Shown piece by piece: positions 16,106 through 24,649 of a stretch of DNA of 64,000 nucleotides. The notes beneath the pieces are model-generated. The model made no database searches, was not told where the DNA came from, and worked only from the letters and a program-made list of their open reading frames with translations. This DNA comes from Kiritimatiellia bacterium. GTDB lineage: Bacteria > Verrucomicrobiota > Kiritimatiellia > RFP12 > UBA1067. Both the position numbers and the translations under genes were made by a program. The DNA lies in the NCBI GenBank assembly GCA_017525225.1, contig JAFXTB010000068.1, forward strand, positions 14,526 through 78,525. The letters run 5' to 3'. The first letter of the stretch is position 1, and the number at the start of each line of letters is the position of its first letter.

Positions 16106-18154
16106 TCACTTCGTAAGCTCCACGGACCCCGCACCCGTCCTTTTGATGACGCGGAAGCCTTCCTTTACGCGCTTGTCGATCTGGTTCGCGGGCACCTCCA
16201 TGGCGCCCGTGTTCACGACGGTATTGTTGCGTATCGGCGCCATGCGCTCCAGCGGGGCCTCCCTGCCGAGCTGCAGCGGAATCCGGCAGTCGATGAATAC
16301 GTTGTCCTCCACGGGATTGTAGAGCGGCTCCTTCGGGTGGTCCTCCATGATGCGCGCGAGCCTTGGATACCTTGCCGCCCATACTCCGTTGGTGTAGTCG
16401 AATTTCTTCGCCTTGCTCTCCAGATCCCAGCTGCCGCCGGGAACGTTCCAGTTCTTCCAGGTCATTCCGCGGCAGTCGATGGACATGCCGATGCGGCAGT
16501 TGATAAAGACGTTGCCCCGGATGGGATGGTCGCGTCCGCCACCAATCAGGATGCCGCGCCCGATGTTGCTGAAGACGTTGCCGTAGACGGTGTCGCCGCA
16601 CTCGCAGTCATCGAAATAGAAGCCCATCGTGTTGACGTCGGTCACGGCCATGTCGGCGCCGTCGGAGGAGCTGCTGGTGCCGGCGCCTAGGTCGTGCACG
16701 TAGTTGTATCTGAGCACATTCCCCTGCATCGTCCAGTCGCGCCCGATGTAGAACGCGCCCGCGTCGCCCGTCTCGAGAAGCACATGGTGGACGTCGTTAG
16801 ATTCGAGGAGATGCTCGTTGCCCGAGAAGAACACCGCCGCATGCGGGGCGTCCCATATCTCGCATCCACGCAGCACGAGCCCGCACCCCTGGATACACGC
16901 ACCACCCGCATAGGTGCGCGAGAATATGCCGAAGTCGTGTATCCTGCAGTTCTCGATGCGCGAATTGGCGGGGACGAGCGTCTTGCGGTCGCCGCCGTAG
17001 AGGCTCGCGCCGCCAGCGCCACAATGGGCGATCTCGCAGCCGACTATCCCGCTTCTGCTGCCGCTGAGCGTGACTGCCCCCTGGCCCGTGCAGAAGAACG
17101 TGCAATTGGAGATCGTAACGTCGTCCGCCCCCCACAGCGAGACGAACGGGCCATAGTTGTACTCGAACGAGAGCCCTTCGATGCGCAGGTTCGCGATGTT
17201 CTTCGCGGAAAGAAGAGGCTTGCTGGAAAACGCGATGCGAATGTCGGTATCCGCCTTCATCTCGCCGCCCGGAGGGATGAGGTAGATGCGAAGCGTTTCG
17301 CGGTCGAGCCACCATTCACCCGGCTCGTCAAGCTCCTCTAGGAGGTTAAACGCGCGGAAACGGCGCTCCTTGCGCCCCCACGTGCCGCTCATGACGCCAT
17401 ACGGCATGTGCGCCTGGTCGTCGAAGCGGACGATGTCGTTGGTGCCACCCTCCACGCCGAACGACACGGCCTTGGCTGACCAGTTGAACCAGTCGTGCGT
17501 GAAATATCCGTTGAGCCACACGCCCTTCGAGAAGTCCCAGCGCTTCGCGCGCGGATCGGAGAACGCGAAGGCGCCACCTCTGTACCTTTCGCGCGCCTCG
17601 AGCGGGATTCCCCTGTCCACACGGTTCGTGAAGACCGCCCAGTCGTTTCCGTTGGGCCAGCGGGCGAGATCGGCGACACGACCATCCATGAACACCACGG
17701 GCGGCGAATAGAGCCCGCTGAACGCATTCTTGAACGAAGGTACCTTCTTTCCGGGACAGAACGCGGAGACGTCCGCCCAATACACCTTCCCACGCGCCTC
17801 CGCGGGAATACGCGAGAGGATGGATTCGTCCACGACCTTGGAGAAGGCCGAGACTGGCACGCGCCCGGCCCCGGTGAACTTCGTCGCACCGGGCTTCGCC
17901 GCGCGCCACGTCACCGGAGCCCCGGCAACACCGCAGTCGGCGGCGGTCAGCACGAGACCATCCGAGAGGACCCATTCGCCGGCGGCGAAGACGAGCTCCA
18001 CTCCCCGGGCCTTTTCCCCGGGCGGAATCGCGCGAACCTTGTCGAGTACGGCCTTGACGGACTCGCCAGGCTTCACTTCGATGACGCGCGGTCCGGCGAA
18101 AAGCGCCGCAGAGACGAGGAGCGTCATCGGGAGCATGCAGACATGGTTTCTCAT
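16106..18154 (-). CDS. secreted right-handed parallel beta-helix (PbH1-repeat) protein, probable polysaccharide-active enzyme
   Basis: Signal peptide 'MLPMTLLVSAALFAG'. Repeated 'N(C/V)xIxxC/G' rungs: 'ISNCTFFCTGQGAVTL', 'IVGCEIAHCGAGG', 'IENCRIHDFG' and 'LRGCEIWDAPH'. Confidence 0.65.
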   Translation of the reverse strand: MRNHVCMLPMTLLVSAALFAGPRVIEVKPGESVKAVLDKVRAIPPGEKARGVELVFAAGEWVLSDGLVLTAADCGVAGAPVTWRAAKPGATKFTGAGRVPVSAFSKVVDESILSRIPAEARGKVYWADVSAFCPGKKVPSFKNAFSGLYSPPVVFMDGRVADLARWPNGNDWAVFTNRVDRGIPLEARERYRGGAFAFSDPRAKRWDFSKGVWLNGYFTHDWFNWSAKAVSFGVEGGTNDIVRFDDQAHMPYGVMSGTWGRKERRFRAFNLLEELDEPGEWWLDRETLRIYLIPPGGEMKADTDIRIAFSSKPLLSAKNIANLRIEGLSFEYNYGPFVSLWGADDVTISNCTFFCTGQGAVTLSGSRSGIVGCEIAHCGAGGASLYGGDRKTLVPANSRIENCRIHDFGIFSRTYAGGACIQGCGLVLRGCEIWDAPHAAVFFSGNEHLLESNDVHHVLLETGDAGAFYIGRDWTMQGNVLRYNYVHDLGAGTSSSSDGADMAVTDVNTMGFYFDDCECGDTVYGNVFSNIGRGILIGGGRDHPIRGNVFINCRIGMSIDCRGMTWKNWNVPGGSWDLESKAKKFDYTNGVWAARYPRLARIMEDHPKEPLYNPVEDNVFIDCRIPLQLGREAPLERMAPIRNNTVVNTGAMEVPANQIDKRVKEGFRVIKRTGAGSVELTK

Positions 18155-18163
18155 GGCGTTCTT

Positions 18164-18174
18164 ATTATACCAAA
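18164..18174 (-). promoter_or_regulatory. extended -10 TTTGGTATAAT, 9 nt from the beta-helix gene ATG
   Basis: Reverse complement of attataccaaa; nine nt (aagaacgcc, minus-strand orientation) lie between it and the ATG at 18154. Confidence 0.45.
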
Positions 18175-18187
18175 AAGAAACGATGTG

Positions 18188-18196
18188 TGGTATAAT
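18188..18196 (+). promoter_or_regulatory. extended -10 TGGTATAAT for sppA
   Basis: Reads tggtataat, 23 nt upstream of the ATG at 18220. Divergent from the beta-helix promoter. Confidence 0.45.
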
Positions 18197-18219
18197 GTCC
18201 GCCCAAAGGAACAAAAGAG

Positions 18220-19290
18220 ATGGAAGACTCAACAAAAGGATTTTTCGTAGGATGCGTCACCTCCGTGCTGGCGCTGATACTGTCGGTCTTCCTGTTCGTG
18301 CTGATGTGCGGACTGCTGATGCGGGGCTGCGCGGACGCCGCCTCCTCCAGCGAGGCGAGCAAGGTGCTGTCCGAAGGACTGAAGGGGCGGTTGGAGAACC
18401 CCGAAGACGAGGGCGACTTCACGAAGGTGTGGGTGTGCGGCCGAGGCAGCGTGAACGCGCCACAGGTACTACGTATCCGCCTGAGAGGCATCATCGGCGA
18501 CAACGAGCGGCGCAGGCTCATCGAGCTTGACGATTCGGCAAGCGCCCCCGCCGCGCTTCGCCAGCTGAAGGCCGCCGAGAAGGACAAGTCCATAAAGGGG
18601 CTTCTGCTGGACATCGACTCTCCCGGCGGCTCCGTGACGATGAGCGACCGTCTCTACGACGCCATACTGCGCTTCAAGAGCGTCAGCACCAACCGCTTCG
18701 TGCTTGTGCTCGCCGGCGACCTCTGCTGCTCTGGTGGCTACTACGTCTCCGCCGCGGCCGACAGGATCATCGCCAGGCCCACCACGTTGACCGGTTCGAT
18801 AGGCGTGATCATGAACGGCTTCAACGCCTCGCAGCTGGCGAAACGGCTCGGACTGGAGAGCGTCACCATCGCATCCGCCTCGAACAAGGACCTGTTGAAT
18901 CCGCTGAAGCCCGTAGATCCCGCGCACGTGGAGATACTGAAGCGTCCCATCATGCAGATGTACGAACGCTTCGTCTCGATAGTGGCGAAAGGACGCGGGA
19001 TGCCGGTCGAGAAGGTCCGCGCACTGGCCGACGGCAGCGTCTTCTCCGCCGAGGACGCGCGCGCGAAGGGACTGATCGACGGCATCGGCCATGAGCGCGA
19101 CGCCATCCGGGAGCTTGAGAAGCTCGCCGGCGGCAAGCCCGTGCGCGTCTACCGCTATCGCGAGAGGCCCAGCCTTGAGAAGCTTTTCAGCTCGTCGTTC
19201 CTCTTCGAGACGATGGGCGACTTCGCACGGGAGGCGAAGGCGGCGGCGGACGATGCGTCCACGCCCGTCGCCGAATACCGCATGCGCTGA
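18220..19290 (+). CDS. sppA: signal peptide peptidase SppA (36K type, S49)
   Basis: N-terminal TM, 'DIDSPGGSVTMSD', 'CCSGGYYVSAAADRI' and 'LTGSIGVI'. Confidence 0.85.
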   Translation: MEDSTKGFFVGCVTSVLALILSVFLFVLMCGLLMRGCADAASSSEASKVLSEGLKGRLENPEDEGDFTKVWVCGRGSVNAPQVLRIRLRGIIGDNERRRLIELDDSASAPAALRQLKAAEKDKSIKGLLLDIDSPGGSVTMSDRLYDAILRFKSVSTNRFVLVLAGDLCCSGGYYVSAAADRIIARPTTLTGSIGVIMNGFNASQLAKRLGLESVTIASASNKDLLNPLKPVDPAHVEILKRPIMQMYERFVSIVAKGRGMPVEKVRALADGSVFSAEDARAKGLIDGIGHERDAIRELEKLAGGKPVRVYRYRERPSLEKLFSSSFLFETMGDFAREAKAAADDASTPVAEYRMR

Positions 19291-19295
19291 AGCCT

Positions 19296-20129
19296 TCAGC
19301 GCAGGTCTGCGATCGCGATGCCGTCCATGTCGTCGAACGCCTGGTTCTCGCCGCCCATCGCCCAGCAGAACGTGTAGGCGCGCGTGCCTACACCCGCGTG
19401 GATGGACCACATCGGCGAGATCACGACATCGTGGTTGTGCATCGCAAGATGGCGCGTCTCGTCGCCGGCGCCCATGAAATGGAACACGGTGGCGTCCGGC
19501 GCGATGTCGAAGTACATGTACATCTCCGTGCGACGCTCATGCGTGTGCGCGGGCATCGTGTTCCAGTTGGAACCCGGCTCCAGCTGGGTGAACCCCATCA
19601 CGAGCTGGCAGCTGTCGCACCGGCCGGGAAGTATGAACTGGTGGATGGTACGCACGTTGCAGTCCTCGACGGTTCCGAGGTGGCGGTGGTTCGCATCCTC
19701 GAAGCGGATGAGTTTCGTGGGGAATTCCCTGTGCGCCGGATATGACGCGAGATAGAACTCAGCCGGCTTCTTCGCGCTCTTCGAGGCGAAGAGCACCTTC
19801 TTCGCGCCCCTGCCCACGTACAGCACGTCGCGCGGCCGGAGGTCGAACCTGCGGCCGTCCACCGTCACCGTGCCGGCACCGCCTATGTTCAGCACGCCCA
19901 GCTCGCGGCGCTCGCAGAAGTAGTCGCTTGCAAGCTCCTTGCCCGCCGGCAGGGCCAGCTGCTTCGCAAGAGGTACCGCGAAGCCGGCGATCCCGCGCTC
20001 GACCTCGCAGTACATGAGGTTTACCTTGCCCTTCTCGCAGAGCTTCGTGTTCATGAACGCCGCGCGAAGCTCATCCGTCGTCATGCGGCGGTAGGAATTG
20101 CGGTCTGTACCGTATCTGACTTCCATCAT
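19296..20129 (-). CDS. kduI: 5-dehydro-4-deoxy-D-glucuronate isomerase
   Basis: Length is ~277 aa from MMEVRYG. 'MPAHTHERRTEMYMYF' and 'SIHAGVGT' form a cupin His cluster typical of KduI. Confidence 0.8.
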   Translation of the reverse strand: MMEVRYGTDRNSYRRMTTDELRAAFMNTKLCEKGKVNLMYCEVERGIAGFAVPLAKQLALPAGKELASDYFCERRELGVLNIGGAGTVTVDGRRFDLRPRDVLYVGRGAKKVLFASKSAKKPAEFYLASYPAHREFPTKLIRFEDANHRHLGTVEDCNVRTIHQFILPGRCDSCQLVMGFTQLEPGSNWNTMPAHTHERRTEMYMYFDIAPDATVFHFMGAGDETRHLAMHNHDVVISPMWSIHAGVGTRAYTFCWAMGGENQAFDDMDGIAIADLR

Positions 20130-20218
20130 TGTTTTGTCCTTTTCTTTTGTCTGTTCGGCCGTTGCAACAAATCCAGCATCCACAATCCACCGGCGATTAA
20201 ACCGAATGTACATGGGGA

Positions 20219-21349
20219 TTACGGAAGACGCGACAGCCAGATTCCGAAGAGCCTGTCATATACCTCATAGCCGCTGTCCGAACGATAGACGAGGTCGGCG
20301 TCGCCAAGCGACTTCAGCGCCGCCGCCACGCTCGAAGCCGCCCGAAGACCGTGCCGAGCAATGAATTCTCCGCCAGTGACCGCAGCCACGCGACCTTCCC
20401 TGGCGATTGCCTTCAGAAGCCGCGTTGCGCCATCGGAGCATCCGCGCAGAATCGCCTCGTATTCATACGCATTGCTCGCCACCAGGAATTCAACCGCATC
20501 ATTGACGTCGTTCCCTGTCGGCTTTGCCGCACCAAGCTCGAACAGGCGGTTCATGATGGTCTGCACATACCACGTGATTCCGTCGAATCTGTCGTAAACC
20601 GCCATGAATACATCGCGGTCGAGCGCCATTCCCGAATGTGCGAAATGGAGATTGGCGAAGTCAAAGTAGCGATTCCGGTCTATGGGACCTATGTGCATCA
20701 TCTGGGTTGAGTGGTAGAACGGGCGCTTGGCCGAGATGAACATTTCGCTCATCATGTGCTGCCTTGAGCCAGAGAATATGAACTGGTGTCCGGTAAGGAA
20801 CTGTATGCGGCTGCGGAGCATGGCTTCGGTTCCCTTCTCGGGATATTCGACAATCTGTTGAAATTCGTCAAGAGCTACGACCGTCCTGAATTTCAGCGAC
20901 TCGAGATAGTCGAACACCCCGGTGAGTGTCACCTCGGCTGCCGACGGCTGAACCTCGAAAGAATATTTCTGAGTTCCGAGAGTATCGAAAGTGACGGTCG
21001 GCCTGAATCCCTGGAGAAATGTGGAAGCCGCTCTCGCAACCTTGTCAAACGAAGATTCAAACGACGTGAATACGCCTGACGCAAACGCCTTGACAAAATC
21101 AGCCAGGCACTGCGTTCCGAAAATGTCCACATAAGCACACTTGTATTCACCCTGCTGCGCAAGGTGGTAGAATGCGTTTTTGACAAGCCCGCTTTTGCCC
21201 ATACGTCTCGGTGCCACAAGGGTGACATTGCGGTCATTGTTGACCGCTGAGATCAAGTCTGATGTCTCGCGCTCACGATCACAGAAGTAATCTGGACTAT
21301 GATATCCTGCAGTTAAAAATGGATTCCTTGGATTCATGTTTGGATTCAT
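20219..21349 (-). CDS. AAA+ ATPase (archaeal-ATPase type) with C-terminal wHTH-like region; second copy of this family in the window
   Basis: 'FCDRERETSDLISAV', Walker A 'APRRMGKSGL' and Walker B 'VVALDEFQ'. The DNA is visibly AT-richer than its neighbours. Confidence 0.75.
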   Translation of the reverse strand: MNPNMNPRNPFLTAGYHSPDYFCDRERETSDLISAVNNDRNVTLVAPRRMGKSGLVKNAFYHLAQQGEYKCAYVDIFGTQCLADFVKAFASGVFTSFESSFDKVARAASTFLQGFRPTVTFDTLGTQKYSFEVQPSAAEVTLTGVFDYLESLKFRTVVALDEFQQIVEYPEKGTEAMLRSRIQFLTGHQFIFSGSRQHMMSEMFISAKRPFYHSTQMMHIGPIDRNRYFDFANLHFAHSGMALDRDVFMAVYDRFDGITWYVQTIMNRLFELGAAKPTGNDVNDAVEFLVASNAYEYEAILRGCSDGATRLLKAIAREGRVAAVTGGEFIARHGLRAASSVAAALKSLGDADLVYRSDSGYEVYDRLFGIWLSRLP

Positions 21350-21356
21350 GTGTAGA

Positions 21357-21367
21357 ATTATACCAAA
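21357..21367 (-). promoter_or_regulatory. extended -10 TTTGGTATAAT, 7 nt from the ATG (leaderless layout)
   Basis: Reverse complement of attataccaaa; 7 nt (tctacac) lie between it and the ATG at 21349. A TTTACG -35-like hexamer sits 17 nt upstream. Confidence 0.5.
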
Positions 21368-21541
21368 CCCCCGACGTTTCGTAAAGTGCGTAACGCAAAA
21401 TACGAAATCGGTCTGCGGTTAACAAATGAATGTATATGAAGATATGAAGTTAGTGTATTAGACGGGAGGGCTGAGCTGTCTGTTGGTTCAAGCAGGCGTC
21501 AAGAAGGGCGGGAGAAAGGAATTCGCGGGTGTCGTCGCCGC

Positions 21542-22018
21542 CTACCAGATCGGAGGCGGCGGTGGAGGAGGTGGCGGCGGGGGAGCCGATCTCACGACAG
21601 GCGCCGGATAGGCGTACGCGGGCGGTACGTAGGCGGTGGACGGCGCGTAGGTAACGGACGGCGCGTAGGTAACGGGCGGCGCGTAGGCGGCAGCCGGATA
21701 TACCACTGGACGCGGAGCCACCACATCATGTACGACGGCGGCCGTGCCTAGCGCAAGCCCTGCCGCACCTAGACCGATTCCCCAGCCCCTTCCCGGATGA
21801 TGATGACCTACATGGTGGAAACCTCCACCATGGTGGAAGCCGCCGCCGTGATGGAAACCGCCGCCGTGGTGGAAGCCGCCGCCATGGTGGAAGCCGCCGC
21901 CGTGATGGAAACCGCCGCCGCGAGGACCGCATCCAAAGCCGCCCGGACCCGGACGTGCCATTGCAAATCCGGATGCTATCGCAGCGACTAACGCAAGTGT
22001 GTATTTGATCTTGTTCAT
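21542..22018 (-). CDS. secreted His/Gly-repeat, Pro/Tyr-rich protein (158 aa)
   Basis: Signal peptide '[21 protein letters not shown]', then (GGGFHH)x6 and 'VGHHHPG'. A Gly/Ala hydrophobic segment follows, then '[29 protein letters not shown]' and a P12 tail ending IW. Confidence 0.7.
   Translation of the reverse strand: MNKIKYTLALVAAIASGFAMARPGPGGFGCGPRGGGFHHGGGFHHGGGFHHGGGFHHGGGFHHGGGFHHVGHHHPGRGWGIGLGAAGLALGTAAVVHDVVAPRPVVYPAAAYAPPVTYAPSVTYAPSTAYVPPAYAYPAPVVRSAPPPPPPPPPPPIW
21812..21919 (-). repeat. six tandem 18-bp coding repeats (GGGFHH units)
   Basis: Units alternate between ccgccgtgatggaaaccg and ccgccatggtggaagccg. They lie in frame inside the CDS. Confidence 0.9.
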
Positions 22019-22106
22019 GTCGTACCTTTCTTTCTGTTGGTGATGCCAACAAGAGGCAAGGAACGTATGGCGGCGGAAACTGACGAACTTTCTTGAAAAA
22101 AATTCA

Positions 22107-23321
22107 TCAGGCACGAATGGTGCCGTCTCCCTTGATCGTGTACTTGTAGGTGGTCAGCTCCTCCAGCCCCATCGGGCCGCGCGCATGCAGCTTGTCGGTG
22201 GAGATGCCGATCTCCGCGCCCATGCCGAACTCGCCGCCGTCGGTGAAGCGCGTGGAGGCGTTCCAGTACACGGTGGCGGAATCGACGTCCCGGAGAAACA
22301 TCTTCGCCCGGGCTTCGTCCGCCGTGACGATCGCATCGGAATGGTGGGAACCATAGTGGTTCACGTGTCGGATTGCCTCCTCGACGTCAGAAACAATCCC
22401 GATGTTGAGATCGAGCGAAAGCCACTCGCGACCCCAATCGGCGTCGGCCTCATGGAGTGTTACGCCCCTTTCCTTCGCCCATGCCTCCACCTTCGGCATG
22501 AACGCCGCCGCGACCTTGGCGTTCACAAGCAGGCACTCGGCGGCGTTGCACGCACTTGGCCGCTGCACCTTGGCGTTGTCAAGGATCTTGAGGGCCATGT
22601 CGAGATCCGCACCCTCGTCCACGTAGAGATGGCACACTCCCTTGTAGTGCTTCAACACGGGTATGAGCGCCGCCTCGCACATCGCGCGGATCAGCCGTTC
22701 GCCGCCGCGCGGGATGGCCACGTCCACCAGTCCCACGCTGCGCACCAGCTCCGTCACGCCCGCATGGTCCGGATTCTCCACGAACTGCACCGCATCCGCC
22801 GGAAGCCCCGCCAGGGCGAGGCCGCGCCGCACCGCGGAATTGAGCGCCTTGTTGGAGCGGATCGCCTCATGGCCGCCGCGCAATATGATCGCGTTGGACG
22901 TCTTTAGGCAGAGCGATGCCGTATCAACGAACACGTTTGGACGAGATTCGAACACCACCGCTATCACGCCGAACGGCTCGCGCACCTTGGCGATCTCGAT
23001 GCCGCTTGGACGCGTCCGGCGCCAGATAATCTCGCCCACGGGATCGGCGAGCCCGATGATATCCCTCACACCCTGCACCATCGCCGCGAAGCGCTTGTCG
23101 GTGAGGGTCAGGCGGTCTATCATGGCCGGGGAGATGCCGTGTGCCTCCGCCTCCGCCACATCCTCGGCATTGGCCGCGGATATCTCGTCCCGGGCCGCCT
23201 CAAGCGCCTTGGCGATCGCCTCGAGCGCGGCGTTCTTTTGCTCGGTGGAATAGGCCCGCAAGGCCTGTGCGGCGGCACGCGCCTTCACGCCGAGTCCATG
23301 TATCTCTTCCTGGATCGTCAT
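22107..23321 (-). CDS. proA: glutamate-5-semialdehyde dehydrogenase
   Basis: N-terminal '[30 protein letters not shown]' and 'IPRGG..LI'. ~404 aa. Its ATG overlaps the upstream stop in ATGA (23318-23321). Confidence 0.9.
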   Translation of the reverse strand: MTIQEEIHGLGVKARAAAQALRAYSTEQKNAALEAIAKALEAARDEISAANAEDVAEAEAHGISPAMIDRLTLTDKRFAAMVQGVRDIIGLADPVGEIIWRRTRPSGIEIAKVREPFGVIAVVFESRPNVFVDTASLCLKTSNAIILRGGHEAIRSNKALNSAVRRGLALAGLPADAVQFVENPDHAGVTELVRSVGLVDVAIPRGGERLIRAMCEAALIPVLKHYKGVCHLYVDEGADLDMALKILDNAKVQRPSACNAAECLLVNAKVAAAFMPKVEAWAKERGVTLHEADADWGREWLSLDLNIGIVSDVEEAIRHVNHYGSHHSDAIVTADEARAKMFLRDVDSATVYWNASTRFTDGGEFGMGAEIGISTDKLHARGPMGLEELTTYKYTIKGDGTIRA

Positions 23322-24640
23322 TTGTCCTTACCTTCCTCTTTGTCCGAAAAATAGAGATGTGCTATCTCGCAGGCTGAACCATCCGACATGCCGCCCACCT
23401 CCACCGTGGCCGACACCGCCCCCTGCGGCACCGCGATGCCGCGGCCCTTGCGGCTGCGCGTGAGGCTCTGCTTGATCCTGTCGAACGTCGTCTCCTCGGC
23501 ACGCAGCGGAGCGCCCTTCGCATCCTTGAATACGATATGCGCTCGCGCCGGGACGGATCCCTTCGCCAGCTTCAGGCTGAAGAACACCTTGGTCGTCCCC
23601 CACGGCAGCTCAAGCGTTTCGGTCCTGACAGGCGATGCGACGGGCGATGGCGCGATCTCCTGCTTCACGACCTCCTTTACGACGGTATTGGTGACGGTCT
23701 CCTGCCTCACGACCGTCCTGACCACAGTCTTCTCCATCGTCCCGAAGCGTATGGCCAACGCCGCGCCGGCCGCGAGCGCCAGCGCCGCCGCCAGCACGAC
23801 CGGGAGCGCATGGCGCCTTGGCGGATCGGGGGGTGGCGGAACCTGCACCGCCCCGGTCTTCACCTTCACGGCCTTGCCGAACTTCGCCCCGCCGCGCACC
23901 TGCGGCACGGCGCGTTCCCTAGCGCGCGCCACCACCCAGGGCGCCTCGTCCAGCCCCTTGCCGCCCATCTTCTCGCGATAGCCCTCGAGGTCGAACGGCA
24001 GGGATCGGAAGAACACCGCGCGCGAGACGTCGTCGTATATGCAGTAGAAGCTGCGGCAGAGTCCGCTGCGCGGATAGCCGACAGACCCAACGTTCACGAT
24101 GTAGCGCTTGCCGTCCTCCACTACGAAATCCGCCGGCTCAAGCCGGTGCGGCACTCCGCTCTCCCCTATCACGAATATGCCAGGCTGGTGCGTATGCCCC
24201 ACGAACATGAGCTGCTCCGCGCGCGCTTCGAACGACGGCAGCGCGTCTTCCGGATCGAGAATGTAGTTGAACGCCTCCGGATCGGTGAAGTCGCCGTGGG
24301 CGCACGCGAAGCCATCCATCGCCGAGACGTACGGCAGGCGGCCGAGCCAGGCAAGAGCCTCGGACGTCAGTGCCTTGCGCTGGCGGACCACGGCGCTGGC
24401 GGCGAATTCATTGAAGTCCTCGGTGGAGCACCGCCCGCACACGGCATCGTCATGGTTGCCGGCCAGGCACACGTGCACGCGCGAATAGACGGTCTCCAGC
24501 GCCTGCACTGGATCGGGGCCGTAGCCAAGCACGTCGCCAAGGCATACCACCCTGTCCGCCTTCATGTCCTGTGCATCCACAAGCACCGTCCGCAGGGCGG
24601 CGGCGTTGGCGTGTATGTCGGAGATGATGGCGTAGCGCAT
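23318..24640 (-). CDS. metallophosphoesterase fused to a TM helix and a C-terminal domain of unknown function
   Basis: 'ISDIHAN', 'LGDVLGYGPDP', 'AGNHD', 'GHTHQP' and 'NVGSVGYPR', then 'PPPPDPPRRHALPVVLAAALALAAGAALAI' followed by a ~140-aa tail. Confidence 0.75.
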   Translation of the reverse strand: MRYAIISDIHANAAALRTVLVDAQDMKADRVVCLGDVLGYGPDPVQALETVYSRVHVCLAGNHDDAVCGRCSTEDFNEFAASAVVRQRKALTSEALAWLGRLPYVSAMDGFACAHGDFTDPEAFNYILDPEDALPSFEARAEQLMFVGHTHQPGIFVIGESGVPHRLEPADFVVEDGKRYIVNVGSVGYPRSGLCRSFYCIYDDVSRAVFFRSLPFDLEGYREKMGGKGLDEAPWVVARARERAVPQVRGGAKFGKAVKVKTGAVQVPPPPDPPRRHALPVVLAAALALAAGAALAIRFGTMEKTVVRTVVRQETVTNTVVKEVVKQEIAPSPVASPVRTETLELPWGTTKVFFSLKLAKGSVPARAHIVFKDAKGAPLRAEETTFDRIKQSLTRSRKGRGIAVPQGAVSATVEVGGMSDGSACEIAHLYFSDKEEGKDK

Positions 24641-24649
24641 GGCGGTGTA

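Noticed and set aside
21812-21919. Regular 18-bp tandem repeats that could be mistaken for a mini CRISPR-like or VNTR array.
   Set aside because: There are no spacers. The units are contiguous, in frame and encode GGGFHH inside a CDS with a signal peptide.
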